A stretch of 62,951 nucleotides of DNA, the filler included, from Octopus bimaculoides (taxonomy: Eukaryota), in assembly GCF_001194135.2 (NCBI RefSeq). It is 4 parts of 4 records of this genome, joined end to end, with 100 filler letters (N's around TTAATTAATTAA, not from the genome) between each part and the next. Parts side by side here need not be neighbours in the genome. Positions count along the whole stretch, not along the records: positions 32,033 to 62,951 come from NC_068983.1; 3 more parts are not named here. One strand, 5' to 3'. Below the pieces are notes generated by a model. It was not told where the DNA came from, made no database searches, and saw nothing but the letters and a program-made list of their open reading frames with translations. Made by a program: the position numbers and the translations under genes. Positions 52,087 through 62,951 of the stretch are shown one piece after another. Position 1 is the first letter of the stretch; every line of letters begins with the position of its first letter.

Positions 52087-52946
52087 TGTTTGTCCCCCAC
52101 TTCACAACTGGTGTTTCTGTATCTACGTCCTCGTAACTTAGTGAAAAAAGAGACCGATAGAATAAGTACTAGGCTTAAGCAACAACAAAAGAAGTCCTGG
52201 TGTCGATTTGTTCGTCGAAAAAATCCCTTCAAGCTGGTGTCCAAGCAATTCATTGAAAGAAAAACAATGAAATAATATTTATGTGTGTGTGTACATATAA
52301 ATGAATAAATATAAATACACACACAGACACGCACATACAAACACGCATATATATACATATGTAACTGGCACTCTGTCGGTTACTGGCATCAACAGAACAC
52401 CCTGCTTGCGAAATTAACGTGCAAGTAGCTGAGGACTCTACAGACAAGTGGCATACATTCTGAGTGAATCTTCCATGCGTTAACATGTACCTCCTTGCGG
52501 CAATAGACGTTCATTTAATCAAGATATCCTCGGCCTGAAGAGTTGCCTGCGGTATACACCTCGCCTGCATAGTTACCACTTCTGAGGTTGCGCTTGCTAT
52601 TAAACATAACCCGGAATTCATCTACTCCATTCCGTAACTCTTGTACACAATATATATTTATCTATATGTATATAGCATATTAGATTTCTAATAGAATGCA
52701 AGGACTATTTCTCTGATGATCCATTGCAGTTAGTCATCCAAATACACTTGGAACATCCAATGCTGAATGGTATAAGGAACTAACAATTTATACTTGTGTT
52801 TATCGTAATTTTCCACTATATATGCTCTGTATGTCATAGCCAGTAATATTGCTATGTACACTCGTAGACTAATCACTGTACTGGAAGCTGACTGGATAAT
52901 GATAATCTATGTGGAACTGTAACTCATAGAGTAGAAGTACATTTAA

Positions 52947-53033
<87 letters not shown>

Positions 53034-53076
53034 CACACACGCACACTCACACTATATCTATCTATCTATCTATCTT

Positions 53077-53121
<45 letters not shown>

Positions 53122-53528
53122 GTAATCGTTGTCTCAGCAGAATCGATTGACAATTACATTCTTCGAATGCATTACGATCTCGGGAAGGTACGACGAAAAG
53201 AAAATCGTCTACAGAAACTTTCTGTAAATAAGTTTTCTAATCGCACCTATCCAACAGAATTAATTAATGAAGCGGAGTTGCTATAACGACGAGCAGTTTC
53301 GACTTTCGCTGCGATGACAGTGCCTTAAAATGCATTGGGCAAAAACACGTAACTTTAAATGCTTTTAACTTTTTTATTATAAATTTTTCAAAATAATAGG
53401 CACAGTCATGGCTGTGTGATAAGAAGCTTGCTCCCAAATCACATGGTTCCGGGTTCAGTTCCACTGCGTGGCACTTTGTGAGTAGATTTAGTAGACGAAA
53501 ATTGAAAGAATCCAGTCGTATATCTATC

Positions 53529-53554
<26 letters not shown>

Positions 53555-53559
<5 letters not shown>

Positions 53560-55200
53560 GGTCCACTCGTGACCGAAGAAGACCATTGTTGACCTTTAGG
53601 ATCATTGTGTGCTCTAGGACTAACTTATATTTTGCATTTGCGGCTCTGTTGGTGGCTAATGAGCCCTGCTCTTGACAAGCATACACGACTGCAAACATTG
53701 CAAACCAAGCTTTCTCCATTCACTACACCAGCAATGCGCCTTGGAGCAACGCGCTTAAATTCTTCATGCATAATACGTGCTCTCTCAAAAGTGTCGACTC
53801 CCTCCTTAACCTGCTTCCTTCATCTGTGGTGATGACAGGCATTGCTCTCCAAGTCAGTCTCCTGCTTATCACACGCCTTTTATGAGGACTTGACACAGTC
53901 CTTAAATCGCAACTTTGATTTCTGCTAAAAAGTACTCCATATAGCATTTGTTTAGGGATCCTGCTATCCTTCATTCTAATAAGGTATCCAGTCCAACGTA
54001 ACCAGTGCTTGTATACCATCGCCTCAATACTCAAGATATCAGCTTTGCTCTGGACCTGTGTGTCTGGAACTTTGAAGGTCAGCCAACATTCAGAATGAGT
54101 CTCAGACACCTCTGATGAAAGCGTTCAAGCAGCCTTACATGATGTTTTAAAGGATCCATGTATCACATGAATAAAGGGGCGATGTCAGTACACATTCACG
54201 GTACACAGCAATTTTTGTTTGCTTTCTGATGCTATGCTGGGACCCGACACGAGACTGAAGGGGCCGGAAGGAATCAGTTGCTCTCTGCAGCCTGAAAGAT
54301 ATTTCATCATCCAGGGAGCAAGAATGGCTGAGTGTGCTGCCCAGGTAGACAAACTTGTCTACCACTTTCAGTATTGTTCTTTCAACCAAGATAGCTGGTT
54401 CCACATATGGATTTCCTGGTGCAGGCTGGAAAATTACAACAGTCTTGTCCAGGCTAATGCTGAGTCCAAATTCCTTGCAAGAAGCAGAAATACAATTCAT
54501 AAGTATTTGCATATTATCCACTGTATGAGCGACTAAGTCACAGTCATCTGCATAAAGGTCACGAATAAGCGACTTGAAAACTTTTGAATTGGTAGCAAAT
54601 CGGCGCTGATTAAAGAGGCGGTCAGAAGATCGATACCCCCAACTTCTTAAGGATATCAGATCGAACTGCAAAGCCATTCCTGCCTCTCTGCGCTCCTCCT
54701 TCAGCCTCCCCTTCGAAAAAAAGGTGTATCCACTTCCTATTTCCTCAAGCTGATCATCACTTTCTATACGAGTCTCTGAAAGTGCAGCTGTATCATTGTT
54801 ATAGCGGTTCAGCTCGCGGGCAACAAGTGCAGTGGTCTTTCAGGCTTACAATCACTCTTGTTAGCCAACAGAGTGTGCACATTCCAACATGAAAAATTAT
54901 ATCCAGATTTTGTAAAAAAAAAGTCACCTTGTTTTTCGAGCGCAGGGTGGACATCCGCCAGTCGTGCTAAACTGATCAGATATAGAAAGGCAGGCAATTT
55001 TTGGTTCACCTTTTCTAGAGCTTCCCCGGCCTCCGGGTGAGCAGTGCCCTCTCCAAATGGAGCTGCTCAGACACCCATGTAGCAACCGAATCCTATCGCT
55101 GTCTTGGGTGACAAGGAAAGGACTTTATATCTAACACGGGCTACCTACGTGCAGGTCGCTGACTACATGCTTCCAACCCGTCAGGTCTGCATGCTTCGTC
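53555..55200 (-). mobile_element. RTE/BovB-like LINE relic
   Basis: DLYADDCDLVAHT...FGLSISLDKT...KFVYLGSTLS and LRWTGYLIRMKDSRIPKQMLYG; endonuclease-start remnants near 54850. Confidence 0.9.
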
Positions 55201-57230
55201 ACCTTCCCATCACCGCAGGACTTGCGAATAAAAATTAGATAAATATATATTAAAAATAAAGATACATATATACTGAAAGTAAAATATATACATATAGGGA
55301 AAAAAAGAAAGAAGAAAGCAGCACATATCGAGCAGAGGCCAGCAATGCCTGTTCAGAGTTTTAGGTCCAATAAGGCTTGCATGACACCTCATAGACCCTC
55401 TCCACTCTATTGACATTATCCAGAGACAAGTCATAGCGAGATATCTGGTGCAAATATGAATCGCAGGCTCAGGGATGTAAGAAATAGAAATAGAAACAAA
55501 GATAGAAGAGATTATGGGTAAGTGGATGGGGGAACAAATGAAAAGTCAGAAAGAAGAATAAAATGACATAAAGAAGGAATAAAAGATACGTTCAAGATCG
55601 ACACGTCTATATGAACAAAACCAGTTAATCAGCAAGTTTGTCGCTTCACATGCTAAAAGTAGAAAACCAATCACCCCTTAAATATCACCCCGATTGTCTT
55701 AAAATTAAGAAGTAGTGAATGGGTGGAAGAAACAGACGAGTAAAAGACAAAATACATTTTGTATTTACTTATAACATTCTAAATACAAAACCTTCCGAGA
55801 GCGAACTTCACCCTCCTTTTCCTCCATGGAAAGATAAAATATAAAAACCACTCGATATAATCCATTGTATCTCTTTCCAAAAATTGAGTTATAGCGCATG
55901 TGCTAGAAATCTTATTTACATTTTGTTAATGGCACCACAAACATTGTTGTCTTTGAAATAAATCAATCGGTATTTGGGATGAATTCAATTGTTATTAGAA
56001 TTCGAAGACACAATGTTAACTTTTATGTATGTTCTAGAAACCCAGAGGCTTTACAGATAGAAATGCGCGTCAATGGCATGTTGGATGAAATATCAACAAA
56101 AGGAGGTCGATATTTTGTATTCTGGTACCCTTGCTGTGCCCTATTTATAAACAATGAACTTAAAACTAACAGATTCAATCTAACCAATGCCACATTTTCA
56201 TGTTGATTTCAATACAGTACATTTCCTCTGGAATTCACTGAAAGGTTAGTATCGATGTTGTCACTGAAATATAATGTTGTTAAACTGGCATTTACGAGCT
56301 TATTTCCTCTTGTTCATAACACCATTGTTCAAAATATTTTTCAATCATGTAAAAAATGCATAAAACTCCTTTGCTTACAAAGGTGAGCAAAAAGGTAAAT
56401 ACGTTTTGGTGTTTGTTTGCGTAAATAGATATTACTATTTTAATATCTATATTTTCTCAGGCTAAGCTCTGTCTCTATAATAGGAGAATATGCTTCTTTC
56501 ATGGCATCCAACTGTTTCTTTTAATAACTATGAATATTACTTCTCTTGTCAGACCAGAACATATAACTATTGGATGTCTGCTGAAAAACTGATTGTAGGT
56601 ATACTGATATTGCAAGATGAAGTATTTATATTTACGAGATCAATTACAGCTCTTTCCAGATTGAGAAATGTATTTTCATCAAAGTCTTTTTGGCTTTTCA
56701 ATAGCGTAGCACATTATTTTAGTGTACTTTGGTATGTTCTGCAGACTTAAACAGAAGGTAAGTTTATAAAGAAACTGTATTATAACTATACTTGTAATTT
56801 CATAAGTTGCCGTTTTATCTATTAGCTATTAGAAATATTCCTTAATAACAAGTCAACAATAATCTTATAAAAACCTTCTAAATAAGATTTGAAGAGTATC
56901 GCTCATTATAGATACCGTAGTATATTACAGGTACTTAGGGGCGCTAGGATTCAACCCAGTAACAAAGGGAAACCTTAATGTTCATTGAAAAAATATTTTG
57001 AAAAAACTCAAGTAATGTATGATACATATATGCGGGAGCAACCGTATTATCGAAAGCGTATATTGTTGTTAAAGGCTCGAAATACGAGAGTAGAAAAACA
57101 GCCAACAACTGATGAAGGGTCGTTCTTTATGTTGTTTGTCATGTTTGTTCGAAAAAATAGTTCATATTCCATGTACTCGTACTTCGTATTTTTTTGTTGT
57201 ACACGTTTACTGACACCCTTTGCTCACATA

Positions 57231-57288
<58 letters not shown>

Positions 57289-57645
57289 ATTATCATATGA
57301 TTGAACGCCACGCATCCTCTTCCATATAAGTTTTATCTTAATAATTCTGATGCGCACTCTACGATCTTTTTACTCTTTCGTTTTCTCTTTTTCTCTCTCT
57401 TATTCTTTTATCTCCTCTTCTCCCATTATTCTATCCTATTACTCTATCACTCTCTCTCCCTCACTCCTCTTCCCTTGCTCACGTGGCTCCCACGTGACCA
57501 TCGGGCATCTTTCTTCTCCTAATTTGTGTTTCTTTCTTTCTCTCCGTTGTCGCTGGAACAAGGAAGACGTGTTCTTGTCTGTCCCCTGTCCAAGCTTGAT
57601 TTACGCGTTCGCCACCACAACCTCATTTAGACTTAGCAGCGCTTC

Positions 57646-57746
57646 CTGTTTGTTTTCACTGTACTGTTTGTTTTCACTGTACTGTTTGTTTTCACTGTAC
57701 TGTTTGTTTTCACTGTACTGTTTGTTTTCACTGTACTGTTTGTTTT
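57646..57746 (+). repeat. 18-bp tandem repeat (ctgtttgttttcactgta), about 5.5 copies
   Basis: Perfect repeats read directly. Confidence 0.95.
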
Positions 57747-59720
57747 ACCAATTTTGACCCTCCACAAAATCTCAAATTTGATTTAATTTGCTATGNNNNN
57801 NNNNNNNNNNNNNNNNNNNNNNNNNNNNNNNNNNNNNNNNNNNNNNNNNNNNNNNNNNNNNNNNNNNNNNNNNNNNNNNNNNNNNNNNNNNNNNNNNNNN
57901 NNNNNNNNNNNNNNNNNNNNNNNNNNNNNNNNNNNNNNNNNNNNNNNNNNNNNNNNNNNNNNNNNNNNNNNNNNNNNNNNNNNNNNNNNNNNNNNNNNNN
58001 NNNNNNNNNNNNNNNNNNNNNNNNNNNNNNNNNNNNNNNNNNNNNNNNNNNNNNNNNNNNNNNNNNNNNNNNNNNNNNNNNNNNNNNNNNNNNNNNNNNN
58101 NNNNNNNNNNNNNNNNNNNNNNNNNNNNNNNNNNNNNNNNNNNNNNNNNNNNNNNNNNNNNNNNNNNNNNNNNNNNNNAGAAGAAATGTAGTCCAGTTTA
58201 GAAATTGGTATCGGATTGAGAATAAAGATGTTATAGTTGTTTATTTTTCTATATTCTGTTGTCAGTATTGAAGAAAAAAGTTGAAAGAATTTATAACGTG
58301 AACATTTAAAATATAGCAAAACTTATTACTGATGACATAGTAACGAGTAACAGTAAAGCGAGTAAAATTATAAGAAACATCCAATAAAAAGGCAGAAACT
58401 TTTGAATATCATATTGCATTAACATGGAAACAGAATTGCAATAAAAAAATAACAAGTTCATATTAACAAAAACTAAGAATACACACAAAAATGCAACAAA
58501 AAAAAACAACAACAATGAACATGAAAAGTAAATTATTAGCATTCGATAAATGATAAAAGTATCAGAGCTGCTGAATATCGGTAAATAACAACATTTTAAT
58601 GTCTATAGCGGGAATATTCGGAATATGGAAAGATAAGGTATGGTAAGTTTTAGAAGACGTTAACAAGATAAAGAAGTTGGCATGTTCAAGGATGAAAAAC
58701 TTACAGTACGTTAAAAGAGAACATTCCTAATCTAGAGTGGGACGGGAAGTTGTTATAATCATACAAACAATACAGGCAATTGCGATTAATCGATTCGTGG
58801 CAAGGTAAAATATATGTAAGTCACAAAATATATCTATATCTCATTAAATTAATCACTCAGTCAAATGTAAATGTAATGTATATTTGAAGCATTAAAATGG
58901 TTTCAATAGTTACTGCTTATCTCCAGTTCTTCCTGTGCTGGGCATGAAGAATAGGTTTTTACCTGAAAAAAATTATCTGTATTTTATGTTACATTTCATT
59001 TAATATGGTGTATATTCCTGACAGTAAAGTGCACTGATGTATGAAAAATTAAATGTACTGTATTGTGTTACTGATTATGCTTCTAGAAAATTAGTTATTT
59101 ACAAGGCGATGATTTGCAGACTACTAAAATAAAAGTAGGCTGGATTTGCTTTTCAGATCCAAAGTGTATTTTAGTTTTTATCAAGAATTCATACTTCCCA
59201 AAACGTACATAAATCATCATTTTTCGAATAATGTACCTAAATTTATCGTGAAAAGAAATTCCAAGAACAAACCAACTGTAATAGATTTAACCCTGTATGT
59301 AGCCGATCTTCAATATCTGTGTTTTCTACTAACATTAAAACTCTTATTACAGCTTCTTAGTTCTCTTGCACGCGAATTTATCTTCGTATAGGACGGAATA
59401 ATGTAACTGAATAATGTACATATATTTGTACACGGTATATTTTGAAACCAAACTAATTGTGATATATTTCATCCAGTATATATTGCCCAGTGGAGACGCA
59501 ATGGCCCGGTGGTTAGGATAGTGGACTCGCAGTCACAGGATCGTGGCTTCGATTCCCAGACTGGGCGTTTGAGTGTTTATTGAGCGAAAACACTTGGACA
59601 CTTGACTAATGAATAGAGGACCACGAATGATCCGTCCTGGTTTTTCCTGCCCATCTTTGTATCGTCTATCTGTTCGTATGTTTTTTATTGTCGTCCGTTA
59701 CGTTCTTATTCCGTTTTTTT

Positions 59721-59752
<32 letters not shown>

Positions 59753-59862
59753 NNNNNNNNNNNNNNNNNNNNNNNNNNNNNNNNNNNNNNNNNNNNNNNN
59801 NNNNNNNNNNNNNNNNNNNNNNNNNNNNNNNNNNNNNNNNNNNNNNNNNNNNNNNNNNNNNN

Positions 59863-60480
59863 CGGGAAAACAAAACATCCAGATAGACGATACAAAGAAA
59901 ACAAGGACGGGTCATTCGGAGTTTTCTTTCGTCAGTCGAGTTCCAGATTATCTTTGCAATTTCGGCTGGTTATACTCAAGATTGCTCCAATCTGGCCAGT
60001 CCCAATGAAAAAGAGCATTAGATTCCTTGGAACAAAGCAGCAAATGTATACGAAAACAAGGACGAAAAAAACGGAGAAAGTTACACAAATACAAATAACA
60101 GGACATAACAACAGGTGTCTTTCGACTAAGGACGAATTAAATTAAGCTGGCGTGTGTGGAAGTATAAAGCCTTATGGCAGGGATACAAGATTTCACAGGC
60201 ACAGGGAAGAATATAGATGCTGCACAGAGAACGGCCGAACCAAGAAAGAAAGGTCAGGCGTGGCCGAACACACCAGTCACGTGGCGAGAGAAAAGAGAGA
60301 GGTAGTGGCAGAGGGACAGAAGAAATAAGGAGGAGCGAGAAAAAATGACAGGGACACAGTGAAGTGAAAAGTGGAGGGAAAGTGAGCATGAAGAGAAGGC
60401 AATGAAATGTGAGAGAGGGGGAACGAAAAACGAAGAGTGGAATGAACGAAATAAGCGTGAAAAGGCTGATAGAAGAAGGA
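59863..60480 (-). mobile_element. Penelope-pLTR-like non-autonomous repeat; partial inverted copy at 59610-59725
   Basis: Minus strand carries hammerhead-like ctgacga..ccgaa and agccgaaattgc. 59863-59925 is reverse-complementary to about 59620-59690. Confidence 0.45.
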
Positions 60481-60586
60481 AAGAATAAAAGAATAAGAGA
60501 ATAGAGTCATACAAGATTCAGATAAATATATACTTACATATAAGAAACCAAATTGTACGTACGCCGCTATAGACATACATACATAA

Positions 60587-60617
<31 letters not shown>

Positions 60618-60646
60618 CATACATACATACACACACACACGCACGC

Positions 60647-60721
<75 letters not shown>

Positions 60722-61519
60722 TCATGTTTATTATACACACATAAAATACAAGAATTCTTAAAGTTTTGATCTTTCCGAAGTGTTTCCAGCTGAAAATCAT
60801 TAGTGTTGCAAACTACGCACCTATTATGCCATTGTATAACAGCTATAACGGATGCAGTTGTCACTGTCTAGTCGTAACTTTCTCCTATTATTTTTAATAT
60901 ACCATATTTCTTTCTGAGCTCAATCAAAGATGTGTATCCGTGTGTATGCATGTGTGTGCACGCGCACGTTTACGCTGCTTCCGAAAACTATGTTAGGTGA
61001 TAGTCATGTAAAAGTTAAGAGAAACTAGCTTCCATTATTCATACCACCATTGTTAAATATGTTAATATTCGTATAAAAATATTTTCCAATTTTGTTACTT
61101 ACAATAAAGGGAGAAAGTAAATAGGTGTTGTTTGTGTGTTTGAATAGAATTCGATCATTTATATACGTATATTTCCCGGGTGAAGATCCGTCTCGATATC
61201 ACGCGAGAATTTTTTTCTTTTATGGAATATCTGTTTTATAGCTACAGCTATTAGTTCTCTAAGTTTGCCAGAAATAGGGGTTACATGCATATGATACATA
61301 CACATGTGCTGTTCATGATGCTCGCTTTTTGTTCGTTATTATTGAATATGTATGTATTGGTTTAAAGACGTAACTTTTCACTGTATATATGCATATGCAT
61401 ATTGATATAAAATAAAATATAGCAATATATGATAGTCTTTTCTACTATAGGCACAATATATAATATTGTTAATATAATATGTTATATATATAATATTTAT
61501 GAATATGATAGGATATACA

Positions 61520-62470
61520 TACGACTGAGGGTTGAAAAGTCCATAGGCTGACTATGAAGGAGTAATGCTAGAGTTGTGAAATCGTGCATGCATTAAATTC
61601 AACCCTCCTTATTAATAACATCATTGTTTCTTTCTTAGTAAACTGGCATCTCACTGTTCAAAGTGGACTTCAAAACAGTTGCGACTTCTATTGAAAATGA
61701 ACGAAATTTAGTATCGTGATGTTATCAAGTACCCGTTGTTGTTGTTGTTGTTGGCACTCCGTCGCTTACGACGTCGAGGGTTCCAGTTGATCCGATCAAC
61801 GGAACAGCCTGCTCGTGAAATTAACGTGCAAGTGGCTGAGCACTCCACAGACACGTGTACCCTTAACGTAGTTCTCGGGGATATTCAGCGTGACACAGTG
61901 TGACAAGGCTGACCCTTTGAATTACAGGCACAACAGAAACAGGAAGTAAGAGTGAGAGAAAGAGTACAGCAGGGTTCGTCACCATCCCCTGCCGGAGCCT
62001 CGTGGAGCTTTAGGTGTTTTCGCTCAATAAACACTCACAACGCCCGGTCAGGAATCGAAACCGCGATCCTATGACCGCGAGTCCGCTGCCCTAACCACTG
62101 GGCCATTGCGCCTCCACTATCAAGTACCTGTAGAAAAAGAGTTTAGCCCCCGACGACATTCATTCGGACATGCTGGCAACATTAGGGGATGACACTCCAG
62201 CTTTTCAACAGTGTAAAAGTGGGCAGCTGACTCCAGGAGGAGAAGGGAGAGTCTTGAAGATGACTCAAAGTCTGGACGTCATGTAACTGTCACCACCGAG
62301 GGAAACATTGATCGTGTTCAGCACATGTTGATGGATGGCAGGCGATTGACAATAAATCAAATAGCCAATGCTATTAGCATATCCTGTGAGAGAGTTGAGA
62401 ATATTCTGCGCAATGACCTTGTCATGATGTTGGTCTGTATTCCGTGGGTGCCACATATACTGACACCTGA
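61520..62470 (+). mobile_element. Mariner 5' half (TIR and HTH region) interrupted by a SINE
   Basis: TIR-like tacga..gggttgaaaagt; YRDVIKYL..K.L.P..IH.DM...LGDD, KWAA...ESLEDD..SGR, RRLTINQIANAISIS.ERV.NIL. Confidence 0.88.
61734..62117 (-). mobile_element. tRNA-derived SINE with an 11-bp TSD inside the mariner
   Basis: TSD tatcaagtacc at 61723-61733 and 62118-62128. Confidence 0.93.
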
Positions 62471-62918
62471 TACACAATCGAACGCACTAGATACATACAC
62501 TCACACATCATGCATTTGTACACCATTGCTCTGATGTCATCAACATCAGACACACACACGTGCATACACACAGATTTACATACATGCACACGTAGCACAT
62601 AACTGATACATATGCACACCTGACACTCACACTCACATATCAGGTACATACTGTACACATACCCACACCAATGATCTGCGGTCGCTTCCAACATCCTGTC
62701 CGACTAATGTCATGCTAGGAATTCGATTAGAAATTGTTGTCGCTTCTATGCCAATAACTCAATACTAGTAATATCATGTGACCCGCGTTGACCAGTATCT
62801 AGAAGCTATTTTGAACCCTCTCTATTTTCATTCCTAGTCCTGACAAGTTAGGTTCGAACGACGAGCTTATAAAATTTTAAGTTGCGTGGAGTCGAATTAA
62901 ACTACTATTAAATAAATG

Positions 62919-62951
<33 letters not shown>

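Noticed and set aside
57105-57140. CTGATGA-AGGG...CTTT as a hammerhead
   Set aside because: The GAAA box and NUH site are missing; at most a deleted relic.
57646-57746. 18-bp repeat and the CLFSLY-repeat ORF as CRISPR or coding sequence
   Set aside because: Spacerless perfect tandem repeat; the ORF arises only because the unit length is divisible by three.

Overview
AT-rich, repeat-dense animal genomic DNA with many N gaps. Its SINE, LINE and microsatellite content is most consistent with an octopus (inference). Three identical 100-bp spacers (44 N + TTAATTAATTAA + 44 N) at 15190, 24038 and 31933 are synthetic scaffold joins, so the window is four pieces whose order and orientation are unverified. 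Supported genes: (1) four internal, in-phase coding exons of a class III eIF4E (EIF4E3) on + at 1486-12008, with the first and last exons not found in the window; (2) the first coding exon of an unidentified secreted protein at 21382-21525 (signal peptide, TATA box, Inr, GT donor; possibly a large lipid transfer/vitellogenin-N-like protein). The rest is mostly transposon debris: Chapaev3, a TIR-intact maT/DD37D element, mariner, Helitron, Penelope-like (with inverted pLTR copies and hammerhead-like motifs), RTE, R4/Dong, Tx1/L1 and CR1 relics, several tRNA-derived SINE families, MITEs, mini- and microsatellites. Almost all ORF-track entries are microsatellite, N-gap or decayed-TE artefacts. 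I found no prokaryotic-type system. The best leads are the orphan secreted-protein exon, an inverted SINE pair bracketing one EIF4E3 exon, an intronic NF-kB/STAT/ETS-like minisatellite, and minimal hammerhead ribozyme relics.
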